Assembly (NCBI RefSeq): GCF_004010195.1
Contig: NC_057719.1
Span: forward strand, 88,748,788 to 88,789,154
Reading direction: 5' to 3'
Source: Chiloscyllium plagiosum
Taxonomy: Eukaryota
Length of the DNA stretch: 40,367 nucleotides
The translations under genes and the position numbers were made by a program. The notes below the pieces were generated by a model, which was not told where the DNA came from, ran no database searches, and saw nothing but the letters and a program-made list of their open reading frames with translations. Below are positions 1 to 12,335 of this stretch, in pieces; position 1 is the first letter of the stretch, and every line of letters begins with the position of its first letter.

Positions 1-320
1 TCAGTCAAATCCATCGAACTCAGCACCGCCTTCCTAACCTGCAATCTTCTTCCCGACCTCTCCGCCCCCACTCCCGTCTGACCTATCACCCTCACCTTGA
101 CCTCTTTCCACCTATCACATTTCCGACGCCCCTCCCCCAAGTCCCTCCTCCCTACCTTTTATCCTAGCCTGCTGGACAAACTTTCCCCATTCCTGAAGAA
201 GGGTTTATGCCCGAAACATCGATTCTCCTGTTCCCTGGATGCTGCCTGACCTGCTGCGCTTTTCCAGCAACACATTTCCAGCTCTGATCTCCAGCATCTG
301 CAGACCTCACTTTCTCCTCA
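1..320 (+). mobile_element. Neptune-type PLE 3' end/pseudo-LTR with hammerhead-like motif
   Basis: Pyrimidine-rich 3' region then CTGAAGAAGGGTTTATGCCCGAAACATC...CACTTTCTCC, homologous to the tail that follows GIY-YIG at 25815-26592. Confidence 0.85.
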
Positions 321-339
321 AAATTGAAACTAGATGGAT

Positions 340-1890
340 TCAACACACCCAGCTTCTACGGTCTACCTAAAGTTGACAAACCAGGGGCCCCTCCTCAGAC
401 CCACAGTCTCAGTACCTGGAACATCGACATACAGACCAGCTAAGGAACTTCACTGAAAACTAAAATACCTAGAAGAAGACTCCATTCACTCCACCCACGA
501 ATTCCTGAATATCAAAGATACCAAGATATAAGAGGATGAAATAATGGTCTCCTTTGACGTAACAGCCCTATTCACATTAATTAAGATCAGCCTGGCCAAA
601 GAAATACTGACTGCACGACGAGAGAAACCAAGGACACAAACACCAGACAGCACCAACTTCATCCGCAAGGACAACATCCTCAAGCTGGTAGACCTCTGCC
701 TCAATATTCACTTCACCTTCAATGACAAAACCTACAAACAAATCCATGGAATACCCATGGGATCACCAATATCAGACTTCTTAACAGAAGCAGTAATGCA
801 GAGACTCAAACGAACAGCCCTCACCACTATCTAACCCAAACTTTGGGTCCGCTATGTGGATGACATCTTTGTCATTTCAAAACGGAACAAATTAAAGGTA
901 ATCTACAAAAGCATCAACAACATCCTTACTGGCATAAATTTCTCAAAAGAGGAGGACAACAACAACAACAGACTCCCCTTCCGAGATCTCACAGTGGAAC
1001 AAACAGTTAAAGGAGAACTTCAGACCAGCATCTACAGGAAGTAACACACACAGACCAGATACTTAAGTGTAGAAGCAATCATCCCAACACCCACAAATGG
1101 AGCTGCATCAGGACATTATTTAAATAGGCCACAACACGCTGCAGAACCCAAGAACTACAAGCGGCAGAAAAAAAGCCTATACAACAGCACATTCAAGAAG
1201 AACAAGTACCAAATAAACACTGTCTGCTGATTCCCAAACAACGAACCCAAACAAGCAGACACAACAAGCCTAGAAACTCTAGCCACACTACCATACATCA
1301 AAGACATCCCTGAGATGACTACCAGAATACTCTGACCCCTTTGCATCATGGTAGCCCACAAACCTACCGACACAATTAAACAGAGGCTGATGAACCGAAA
1401 GGGCCCGATACTAACAACCAGCAAAATGAATTTTATTTACAAAATACCATGCAAAGACTGCAATAAACACTACATCGGACAGACAGGCAAAAAACTAGCT
1501 ACAGGATACACGAACAGCAACTAGCCACCAAAAGACACGACCCACCATCACGAGTATCCTTACATACAGATGAAGAAGGACACCACTTCAACTGGGACAA
1601 CACATCCATCCTAAGCAGGTGGAAGAGACTAACATTGGATTTCCTAGAGGCCTTGCATTCAAACCAGAACTCCAGCAATAAACACATTGACTTGGTCCAT
1701 ATTTACCAACCTCTGGGAACAAGAACCAAAAATAATGTCACCCACCTTAAGAAACGAAGACACATAAATAGAAAGAGGGACATAACACCAATGCTTCACC
1801 AGAGGCTCATTGATGACATTATCTAGCATGGCGACCAAACGTCAGAAAACAAACCTTCCTGCTCAGTGAGTAAACTTACAACCTGAACCT
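340..1890 (+). mobile_element. Decayed 5'-truncated Penelope-like retroelement (RT + GIY-YIG), Penelope/Poseidon-type
   Basis: Motifs FYGLPKV, GIPMGSPIS, WVRYVDDIF, LPFRDLTV, SIYRK, then IYKIPCKDCNKHYIGQT (GIY-YIG). Many stops and frameshifts. Degenerate hammerhead at ~1810-1843. Confidence 0.92.
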
Positions 1891-2160
1891 TTTAGAATGG
1901 ACACAAGGAAAGACTTCTTCAGCCAGACAGTGGTGAATCTATGGAATTGCCACAGAAGGCTGTGGAAGTCAGGTCATTGAGCATATTTCAGACAGAGATA
2001 GAAAGTTTCTTGAGTATCAAAGGGTTCAAGGGTTATGCGAAGAAAGCAGGAGCATGGGGTTGAGAAACTTATCAGCCTTGACTGAATGGTAGACCATACT
2101 CAATGGGGTTAATGGCCTAATTTCTATTCCTATGTCTTATGGTGTTACAGTCTTATAGTC
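1891..2160 (+). mobile_element. CR1 LINE 3' end
   Basis: RKDFFSQTVVNLWN C-terminal motif, 3' UTR and repeated gtcttat tail. Confidence 0.8.
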
Positions 2161-2500
2161 TTAGATATGAAAAGTACATGAACATTTCAAAGATCTGCTA
2201 ATCAGTTGACTGCAAGCTTGCAAAAACATGTTGTGTACATCAGTGACATTTTGGTGTACAGCAACACTTACAGTAATCATTCCAATCATCTGATAGACCC
2301 ATTTAACTAGTTAGCCAAAACAAATATGGTCATTTAAGTGGCAAAATCAATTTGCGGGGCCAATGCAAGCTACTGCCTGAACAGATGACTTACTATATGT
2401 TCTGATGGTGTAATGACTCGCATTTCAAAGCATATTTTTTAACCAGACCCTAACTGAAAGAAAAACCGTGAAACTGATTATAAGCTGATTCAAGCCATTC
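2161..2500 (+). pseudogene. Decayed Ty3/gypsy reverse-transcriptase fragment
   Basis: Frame from 2161 reads LDMKST*TFQRSANQLTASLQKHVVYISDILVYSNTYSNH, resembling gypsy FGMKNAPATFQR...VYIDDILVYS. Confidence 0.72.
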
Positions 2501-3237
2501 ACACTCATGTTATTACCCAGCAGTGCAATGGAAGCAGGCTGATGAAAACAAAGGTTTGATTCAGGAGCTGGTAATTGGCAAATAAAAGGTGTCTGTAGCT
2601 GTCTCCATTACAAGTTGAAGTAACACCCTCTCTGGAAATGTGTAATAACATCTCTGAACAGGTTGTTTATCACATATCTATATTGTAATTGACTGTTCAG
2701 ACTTGACCACACAAAACCTGGAAGCACACAGAGATAAAGAATGGAAAGATATTGGAGATGTATAGAGAAATTGAGGGAACAAATATATGTAAAAAAGGAG
2801 AGGATAATGTCATTCCAAAATGTTACAAAAGGGAGCTTCCAGCATATGTTCACATCTACAGGTTCCTCTTTGAGAGGTTCCTGACATTTTCCATGAGGAA
2901 AAAGTGTTTATACTCAACTGCTACCCCTACAAGAAATGAGGGCCATAAAAAAGATCAATCTATGCCCAAATTCAGTGGGTGGAATGCTCTTTATTAAAAG
3001 AAGATTTGCTACTCATCACTTCTAGTATATTCTTTTTGAGATTTCTGCATAATGTCAATTTCTCCAACTGAATAGTTGTTCCTCTCATTCGAAGTTGCAA
3101 TGTATCTTTTCAATCGTCCCTCCATGACAATCATCAGATGACTTTTAAGATAATTTCAGGAAAAGTTTACACATTATGTAGATATGCAGCCACAAAAATC
3201 ACATCATGCATCATTACATGCATCAGCTATAACTTAC

Positions 3238-3417
3238 CGGACACCCTTTTTCCCAACGTTTCTTTTCTATACCAGACTTTACCATCTCAAAGTCCGGGCC
3301 ACCCCAGTTGCGAACATTACGCCGACTGCCCACTCGCTTATCCCCCTCTGGTAAGGGACCTGAACGCCGACGGTCATCCAAGAAATTTCTAACTGGGTTC
3401 TTGTCAACTTTTCCTTC
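3238..3417 (-). CDS. CCDC9: CCDC9-family coding exon, 180 nt, phase 0-0: EGKVDKNPVRNFLDDRRRSGPLPEGDKRVGSRRNVRNWGGPDFEMVKSGIEKKRWEKGCP
   Basis: Acceptor gccttttttatag|GAA and donor CCG|gtaagt; a CpG-rich patch in CpG-poor DNA. NPVRNFLDD..RRRSGPL..RNWGGPDFE matches CCDC9 and continues in frame from the 16489-16572 exon. Confidence 0.92.
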
Positions 3418-3762
3418 CTATAAAAAAGGCAGGTTACTCACCAGAGCTCAAGTGATTCCCATTATTCCCTAACAAGTTCTCCTCTGCAATGCTCTTAAAG
3501 CAGCAACCTTTACAGGAGCCTGGGGAACGGAAATTTTATGATTTTTTTTTGCCCCTTTAATAGCACATCAAATAACAAATGCAATCGCATGCAAATCATC
3601 AGATCAAAAATAGCACCAATATTCTTATTTTTTATGGCAGAAGCCCTGAGAGAGAAGAGAGGAAATGCAGGTAAATGGAAAATTTCAAGAATAAGAATGA
3701 CAACACTAGCTTCTTAGATCATACACCATTTATTTTGGAAAAATGTTACAATTGAGAATTTT

Positions 3763-3855
3763 TAGATTAGATTAGATTCCCTACAGTATGGAAACAGGCC
3801 GTTCAGCCCAACAAGACCACACCAACTCTCCGAAGAGTAACCCACCCAGACCCAG
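3763..3855 (-). mobile_element. HE1-type SINE 3' tail fragment
   Basis: (TTAGA)n-TTCCCTACAGTATGGAAACAGGCC matches the tails of longer copies at 33666 and 39119. Confidence 0.8.
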
Positions 3856-4464
3856 AGAATAATGGTAAAGTCAGAATATCTGGATGTTCATTAACTGAAC
3901 AGTATTTAGTAAATATCAGAATGCACAATTTTGGGCATTTGTTTTGATAATTTATTCCGAATGGATTGCTCTGGCCAGCATTAAATTCATTTCCTCCTCA
4001 GCATGCAGCTGACTCAATTTTCTCATACTGTACTCCTAACAACAATAATATAGAAACAAAGTTTTATTGAGGTGGCTTTCGACATCAGAAAAGACAGGAT
4101 TATAAACTCAAAAATACAATGGTCAGGGTTGTCCTTATGTACACAAAAGGAAATCAGTCATCAAAATGTGTAACATGCTGATATCTGACAAAATTCCTAG
4201 TTATGGAAATTTCCTGGCCAGTTGCATCAGAGATAGGAAAATACAGGTTTAAAAAGAAGCTTCTGAATATTTGGTTCAGCCAACAAGCATTAAAAATATC
4301 ATATTCAAATTGACAGGATACCAAACTTCCACCAGATAAGAGAACGCAAGTTTGTAACCACTACTGGTTAAGTAAAATTTATGATGTCTGTGGCCTTGAC
4401 TCTCCCATCTCTACAACCTCCCCCACACTTCTAAATCACCAATACCTCTGCACTCAGCTGGTGC

Positions 4465-7141
4465 TGGTCTCTTAAACATCTCCAATTTTAAGCACATTAC
4501 CTTTGACAGTCATATTTTCAGCTACCTAGGGAGCACCTTATTATGCATTATAAAGGTACCATATAAAGCCAAGTTGTTATTGCAGCAAAAAAAATAACAA
4601 TTCACTCGCATTAGTGGCCAACATGATTTTCATTAACTCATAAATTAATACTTTAAATTGAATAGCTCTCAAATTTATTGAGGGTTAAGAGAGGAGAGGG
4701 AGCTAAATCAGTACCCAAATCTTAATGACTATTATTATTACATGATTAAGTTATGCACTAGGTTAAGTGCTTCTCAACAATAGACTTAGATGGGTTAGTT
4801 TAATCTACATAACTACATCAGGAAAAGGTTGTGTTTGCCAAAGTGAGAGGAGATTGTTAAAACAAAGCATGTCATATGAATTTAACATCAGTTGAGGAGC
4901 CTGAATGTCGAGGCAAGAACTGCTCAATTAATATTAACTGTTTCAGCCTTTTCTACTGACATACCTGTTGGCTAGTGCTCCAGTGTTTTGCTAGTAATCT
5001 GTGCACTAAAGAAGACTGTTGCAAAACCTTAAGGTCTCCATGAGATTGCTGAGATCAATGAAAAGAAATATTGCTCTGGCCAAGTCAACAGAGTGGATCC
5101 CAATGATACAGCTTTATAATATACTCAGGGAAATATCTGCATGGCAGGCTGAAGGACCCAATGGTAAAGAAGTTAAGGTTGAAGTGACACTGGGGAGGTG
5201 GTCTATACAAAATGATGGTCTAGTTATGGTGGTTGCTCTGTTCCTACCTGTGCCTCTGCTCAGAGTACAGTGCCAGTAATAATCCTACCCCTCACAATAA
5301 ACAGCTGAAGATTAAGTGGGTGCTGAGGCCAGTAAAGTAAGGAAAAAAGATTTTGCAAGTTGGAATCTGGCAAACCTGATGATCAGACAAACCAAAATGC
5401 TGAAAATGCTAGAAATATGAATTAAAAACAGATGACATTTCAAACTGATCACCATTCATCAGTACTTGTTGCCTGGAACTGTTGGACACAATCCCAATGT
5501 AAGGAGGAATTGCAGATCAGTGATCCGTGCATGCCAGCACAGAGGGTGATGTCAGGAAGCAGCCAAGTCCCATCCAATTAAGGATATTAGGAAGGCTCTC
5601 AAGGCTGGAGAGTCAATAGGCATCCTTCCAGCATGGGCAATATGCAGAGGAGAGAACTGTACATGCAGGTTGAAGAAAAATACTGCTCTGAAGAGCTTTT
5701 ACAAATTGTGAAAATCAGAGGCCACAATTACCAGCTGTCATCATGGTTATGTACTGACCTCAACTGGAAGAACATTAACAGGAGCAAGAGTAGACCACAA
5801 ATTCTGAAAATCCCGCTCCACTATTCAACATGATCATAGTTGACCTTTGGCTTCAATTCCAAATTACCACCCAAATGCTCATATTCCTCAATTCAGTTAA
5901 GAACAAAACTATTCCACAACTTGAAATAAATGCCACAATGGAGCACCTAAAATTTCCTAGAGTAGAGAATTCCAATGATTTACAACTAGCTGAGAGAAAA
6001 CATTTCTCCTCTTCTCAGTCCTAAATGATCGACCTCTTAGCATGAGACTGTGCCCCTGCCATGTTCTCAGTTCCTCAGACAGGGGAAACAAGCTCTGAGT
6101 ATCTATCCTATCAAATTCCTTCATAACCTGCTATGTTTCATTTAGAAGAATGTCCCATTCTTCTAAATACCAGTGAATAGAAATCCAATTTACTTAGCCA
6201 TTCATCCCAGGAACTAATCACTTGAACCCGAGGGCCAACGTTTTCACACAGTTTGTATGTGAAATGAACTTCTAGAGCACCCCACTTAATCTTTAGCTGT
6301 TTATTGTGAGGGGTGGGATTCTTATTGGCACTGTACTCTGAGCAGAGGCATAGGTAGGAACAGAGCAACCACCATAACTAGACCTAGAAGACATCATTTT
6401 ATATAGACCACCTCCCCAGTGTCACTTCAACCTTAACTTCTTTACCATTGGGTCCTTCAGCCTGCCATGCAGATATTTCCCTGAGTATATTATAAAGCTG
6501 TATCATTGGGATCCACTCTGTTGACTTGGCCAGAGCAATATTTCTTTTCATTGATCTCAGCAATCTTATGGAGACCTTAAGGTTTTGCAAGTCTTCTTTA
6601 GTGCACAGATTACTAGCAAAACACTGGAGCACTAGCCAACAGGTATGTCAGTAGAAAAGGCTGAAACAGTTAATATTAATTGAGCAGTTCTTGCCTCGAC
6701 ATTCAGGCTCCTCAACTGATGTTAAATTCATATGACATGCTTTGTTTTAACAATCTCCTCTCACTTTGGCAAACACAACCTTTTCCTGATGTAGTTATGT
6801 AGATTAAACTAACCCATTTAAGTCTATTGTTGAGAAGTACTTAACCTAGTGCATAACTTAATCATGTAATAATAATAGTCATTAAGATTTGGGTACTGAT
6901 TTAGCTCCCTCTCCTCTCTTAACCCTCAATAAATTTGAGAGCTATTCAATTTAAAGTATTAATTTATGAGTTAATGAAAATCATGTTGGCCACTAATGCG
7001 AGTGAATTGTTATTTTTTTGCTGCAATAACAACTTGGCTTTATATGGTACCTTTGTAATGCATAATAAGGTGCTCCCTAGGTAGCTGAAAATATGACTGT
7101 CAAAGGTAATGTGCTTAAAATTGGAGATGTTTAAGAGACCA
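4465..7141. repeat. Long inverted duplication: arms 4465-5324 and 6276-7141, 951-bp spacer
   Basis: Manual alignment gives 10 substitutions and 4 indels over ~860 bp. ORFs 5019-5279(+) and 6399-6632(-) encode the same peptide. Confidence 0.97.
5900..6235 (-). mobile_element. Old CR1 LINE 3' fragment
   Basis: Reverse strand LSKLDFYSLVFRRM resembles the CR1 C-terminal L.L.SLE.RR motif. Confidence 0.65.
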
Positions 7142-7295
7142 TTTACAACATTTAAAAGAATTTGGACAGGTATATGAATAGAATAGATTTAGAGGGATAA
7201 ATATGGGCGAATAGTCCTAGTTAGTTTGAGAAACTTAGCTGGCATGGATGAGTTGGATCGAAGAGCCTATTGCCAGGGTGTTTGAATCCATGACC
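7142..7295 (+). mobile_element. CR1 LINE 3' end fragment
   Basis: acatttaaaagaatttggacaggtatatgaatag...ggcatggatgagttgg, homologous to 34830-35060. Confidence 0.7.
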
Positions 7296-7549
7296 TCTTT
7301 ACCCAATTTCCTCACTCATCCAATACACAGCAAAGTCACACTCAATGATAAATTGCATTAGGATGTATCTATTTAGATATTCTAACTTAAATCAGCCTAG
7401 AAACAGAAGAAAAAAATAAAAGCTAGTCTCCTCAATTAACTAATTTCAGCTGCTCTCAAGTACTGGGGTCATGCATCCTTTTTTAAGCCTGAAAGTTCAA
7501 AGTGAGAGATAGAGTGCTACTCAAACACATTGTTTTGTCCTGACTAGTA

Positions 7550-8230
7550 ACAAGCTTCTTGAGTGTTGTTGGAAATGCACTCATACAGGCAAGTGGAGAG
7601 TATTCCATCACACTATTGACTTGTGCCTTGTAAATATTGAAATGTTTCGGCGAGTCAATCACCAGAGAATATCCAACCTGTAGCTTTTTTTTCAGTCACA
7701 CTGATCATGTGACTAGTGCACTTACAATCTGAAAAATGTTGATAACCAAGTATTTTCTGCCTCCCTTGTCAAGGATGGTCACTAGCGAGCAACTTGTGTG
7801 GCACAGATGTTAGCTGCCGTTTTTTCAGCCCAATCTGGCTTGCTACACATGAACAGAGACTGTTCCACTATCTGAGGAACGGCAAGTGGAACTGAAAATT
7901 GTGCAATCATCAACAACTTTGCCCGCTTCTGACCTCAAGATAGAAGAAAGGCTATTTTTAAGCAGCTGAAGATGGTTGGGCCTGGGGTAACCAGTAAAAC
8001 TACTGCTATTATGTTCTAGGGCTGAGATTGGCCTTTAACAATCACTATTTCTTTTTGTCCTGAGTAGGACTCAAGTTAGTGCAGAATTCTGCCTACATCT
8101 TTACTCATTATTGTTTAGACTCTTTGACACTAAGATCAATCATGCTCAGTCACTTTCAGCTTGCTGCTTGAATTATGATCTTTTGTCTATGTTTAGATCA
8201 AAGCTATTATGGAGGTCTGGAGCAGAGTGG
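7550..8230 (-). mobile_element. Decayed non-LTR LINE fragment (clade uncertain)
   Basis: Resembles the LINE family also seen at 20875-21130 and 26593-28420; no intact ORF. Confidence 0.5.
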
Positions 8231-8349
8231 TCCAGACCTCCATAAAGTCATACAGCATGGAAACAGACCGTTCAGCCTAACTCGCCCATGCAAACCAGGT
8301 TTCCTAACCTGAACTAGTTCCATTTTCCTGGGTTTGGCCTATATCTCTC

Positions 8350-10395
8350 GGATTAACGAGTTCAACACGCGGCGAGACATCGAACAATTCTTCCGCCGCC
8401 TTCGCCTGGGCGCCTACTTCTTCAACCAAGGATTCTCGCCCACTCTCGGATGACCCCTTCTCCCACCTCCAACACACCCCAACCACCTGGACACCCCGTG
8501 CTGGCCTCTTACCTGGCCTCGATCTCTACATAGCCAACTGCCGCCACGACCTTAACCGGCTCAACTTCTCCACCCCTCTCACCCACTCCAACCTCTCACC
8601 CTCAAAACGTGAAGCCCTCCATTCTCTCCGTTCCAACCCCAACCTCACTATCAAACCGGCAGACAAGGGAGGCGCGGTAGTAGTTTGACGCACCGACCTT
8701 TACACCCCTGAGGCTAAATGCCAGCTCGCGGACACCTCCTCCTACTGCCCCCTTGACCATGACTCCATCTCCCAGACCATCCATAACCTCATCACCTCAG
8801 GGGATCTCCCATCCACCACCTCCAACCTCATAGTCCCACAACCCCACACTGCCCGTTTCTACCTCCTGCCCAAAATCCACAAACCTGACTGACCCGGCCG
8901 ACCCATTGTCTCAGCCTGCTCCTGCCCCACCGAACTCATCTCTGCATACCTCGACACGGTCCTGTCCTCCTTAGTCCAAGAACTCCCCACCTACGTTCGT
9001 GACGGGTCTGGGTGACGGTGATGGAGTGAATGTGAGGGGGTCGGTGTGACGGTGATGGAGCGAGTGTGAAGGGGTCAGGGAAAGTATAATGGCGTGATTG
9101 TGATGGGTTCAGTGAGATTGAGATAGAATAAGTGTGAGAGGGTCAGGGTGACCGTGATGATGTGAGTGTGAGAGGTAAGAGTGACGGTAATGGAGTGACT
9201 GTGAGGGAATCAGGCGGAAGGTGATGGAGTGAGTGTGAGGGGGTCAGTGTCATGGTGATGGAGTGAGTGTCAGGGAATCAGGGTGATGGTGACTGAGTGA
9301 GTGAGAGGGTTCAGTGTGACTGGGATCGCGTGAGTGTGAGGTTGTCAGGATGATGGTGATGGAGTGAGTGTGAGCGGGTAAGGGTGATGGTGATGATATG
9401 AGTGTGATGGGGTCAGTGTGACGCAGATGGTGTGAGTGTGAGGACATCAGGGTGACGTGATGGAATGATTATGAGCGGGTCAGGGTGACGGTGCTGGAGC
9501 AGTGTGAGGTGGTCAGGATGATGGTGATGAAGTGAGTGTGAGGGGATTAGTATGACGGAGATGGAGTGAGTGTGAGGGGATCATGGTGACGGTGATGGAG
9601 TGAGTGTGAGAGTATCAGTGTGATGGTGTTGGAGTGAGTGTGTGTGGGGGTCAGGGTGACGATGATGCAGTGAGTGTGAGAGGGTCAGGGTGACACTGAT
9701 GGAGTGACTGTGAGGGAGTCAGGGTGACGGTGATGGACGGAGTGTGTGGTGGTCAGGGTGATGGTGATGGAGTGAGTGTGAGGGGGTCAGGGTGACGTTG
9801 ACGGAGTGAATTTAATGTGCTCAGTGTGACGGAGATGGAGTGAGTGTGAGGGGGTCAAGGTGACGCTGACGGAGTGAGTTTAATGGGCTCAGTGTGACGG
9901 AGATCGAGTGAGTGTGAGGGGGTCAGGGTGACCATGATGGAGGGATTGTGTGGGTGTCAGGTTGACGGTGATGGAGTCAGTATGAGGAGGTCAGTGTGAC
10001 GGAGATGGAGTGAGTGTGAGGGGGTCAAGGTGACGCTGACGGAGTGAGTTTAATGGGCTCAGTGTGACGGAGATCGAGTGAGTGTGAGGGGGTCAGGGTG
10101 ACCATGATGGAGGGATTGTGTGGGTGTCAGGTTGACGGTGATGGAGTCAGTATGAGGAGGTCAGTGTGACGGAGATGGAGTGAGTGTGAGCGGGTCAGGG
10201 TGACGGTGATGGAGTGAGTGTGAGNNNNNNNNNNNNNNNNNNNNNNNNNNNNNNNNNNNNNNNNNNNNNNNNNNNNNNNNNNATGCCCGAAACGTCGATT
10301 CTCCTGCTCCTTGGATGCTGCCTGACCTGCTGCGCTTTTCCAGCAACACATTTTCAGCTCTGATCTCCAGCATCTGCAGTCCTCACTTTCTCCCC
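8350..10395 (+). mobile_element. Neptune-type PLE inserted in a minus-strand CR1 tail, interrupted by a minisatellite and an N gap
   Basis: 8350-9003 encodes TIKPADKGGAVVV and ARFYLLPKIHK..PGRPIVS; pLTR end at 10283-10395. ATATCTCTC is duplicated at 8341-8349 and 10396-10404, and the CR1 tail (8246-8349) resumes at 10396-10505. Confidence 0.85.
9004..10224. repeat. 34-bp G/T-rich minisatellite (~36 units, consensus ~GGGGGTCAGGGTGACGGTGATGGAGTGAGTGTGA) with 170-bp higher-order duplication
   Basis: Period 34 (9721/9755/9789); 9821-9990 is identical to 9991-10160; the array runs into the N gap. Confidence 0.95.
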
Positions 10396-11709
10396 ATATC
10401 TCTCTAAACCTTTCCTATCCATGTACATGTTCAAATGTCTTTTAATTATAGTGATTATACTCACCTCTACCACTTCCTCTGTCAGATTGTTCCATATGCA
10501 TATCCAAACTGAGCACTGGTCAAGTGTCATTTAATATGTCAACAATACCTTTCATCACTTTGCTGATGACTGAGAGGAGGCTGATGGTAAAGTAATTGAC
10601 TGGTTTGTCCTACTTGTTTTGGATAGGCTATACAATGATAATTTTCTAATACATCAGGTGAGGTATAAGTGTTGGTGCTATATTGTGATAGTGCTTATTC
10701 TGAAGACCAGCAGAAACCTGAATTTCCTTTCGTGATTCTGCCTTTATCTGTCATGAGCTAGGAACCGATAGCTACATCCTTGCACATAAAATTGTTCTTC
10801 CACCTTACGCAATAAATCCTAACAACTCTGGTAATAGAGAATCATGTATTCTAACTATTCAACACAGTCAGTCTTTGGGCACAAGTAATTCAGTTGCAGG
10901 TTATTAGTTAAACAATTAAACTATTCATTTGGCTTTATTCAGGTTTACTTATATACTAATACATTTGTGACTGAAATATTCAACAATGAGTCAACATTTG
11001 ATTATTTTTGTCAGCATGAGTATAAAGAAAAATGAAAATGTAGCCTAACTTTAGTTAGACCAAAATAGTTGTTTAGTTCATTAATTAGTAAGACCACTTC
11101 ATTTTTGCATTTTAAATGTTAAAACATGACATGGTAATATTTGCAGAATTCTGGCATATGAAACTAGCCATGTGTAATGGGCCCTTGTGTAGGTATAGAC
11201 ATATCACCACCAATGGTGACATATTTGATAAAAGATTATCACGCAAGAGTGAAATCATTCTCCTACTGATACCAGCACTTCTGTAAATCTTTGATTACTT
11301 AACAGCCTTAATTTTCAAGAGCAAAATATTTAAATTAAATATAATTCTGTGCACAACTTCCTAATATGTGAAGAATATGGAACTGGGTAGCCCCCATGTA
11401 AAGAGGCAAAAGCAGGGCATTCGAAGCCTGGTTACAATCTAACATTCCTGGCAGCAGACTAAAAACAATATTATTGCTGTTGGTGACATCATTCCAATTA
11501 CCCGTAATGGGAGAACACACAGATTTATAGACCATACTTCAATGCAGATACAGAACCTTTCGATTAACTTATGATTTTACTATAAAGCTACCAGGTATAC
11601 TTCACAGCACAGCAATGACAGTGGTAAACACAAGCCAGCAAGCAAATGAACAAGCCCAGCTACTGGACTTCTTAATGCAATTGCTAGTCACACAGCAGTA
11701 CAAGCAATT

Positions 11710-12335
11710 TGTTTCAATAAGTGGTAGTACTTTTACCTCCAAGTCAGAAGATTGAGAGTCTGAATCACACTATAAAGCAGAATATACAAATCCTTCCTAA
11801 TGGGCCTATCTGCAGCACATGGACTGCTGTGGGTCAAGAAATCAGCTCACCACCACTTTCTGAAGGGAAATTAGGAACGACCAATAAAGGCTGACCCAGC
11901 CAGTGATGCCCATGCCCCATGAGCGAATTTTAAAAAATCCAGGTAGAAACTCCAGTCCAGTACTGCTGAGATGTAGCAGTACAATATTGAGGAACTGCTG
12001 CACTGTCAGATTCTGCAGTGCGCTCTCATACTTTGCATGAGGCATTGAAAAAAATTGCACCTTCCAATAAATATCACATGGCGTTATTTTTAAGATAAGC
12101 AAGTGTGTTCTACCTAGTGTCGTCGCCAATGTCTAGCCCTCAAGCAACATCATCTAAACTGATTGTCTAGTACTGTTACATTTTTGTTGGTAGGACTTTT
12201 TGGGACATTTGCAAATTGGCTCCTATATTTCCTACTGCAACAGTGACTGCTCATCAATGGGAAGTAATCATTGGAAATTAAGTATTCTGGGATTTTCAGA
12301 GGTAATGAAAGGCACTGTGCAAATCTAAGCATTTA
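11710..12335 (+). mobile_element. Old Deu-domain SINE (SacSINE1/AmnSINE-like) with nested LINE tail at ~11794-11935
   Basis: tRNA-like head, tgctgcactgtcag, ccctcaagcaacatc, gcaaattggct..ttcctac..caacagtgact and an L2-like tail. AAATCC flanks the nested insert. Confidence 0.7.

Noticed and set aside
3010..3141. Possible next CCDC9 exon (MIVMEGR vs SMTGR)
   Set aside because: Weak acceptor, wrong phase, and no EYLRWKQER motif.
5019..6632. Duplicated 77-86 aa ORFs as a novel gene pair
   Set aside because: By-product of the inverted duplication; indels change their ends and there is no recognisable domain.
9004..10224. CRISPR-like ~34-bp periodicity
   Set aside because: Contiguous diverged units with no unique spacers, no cas genes, and vertebrate context.
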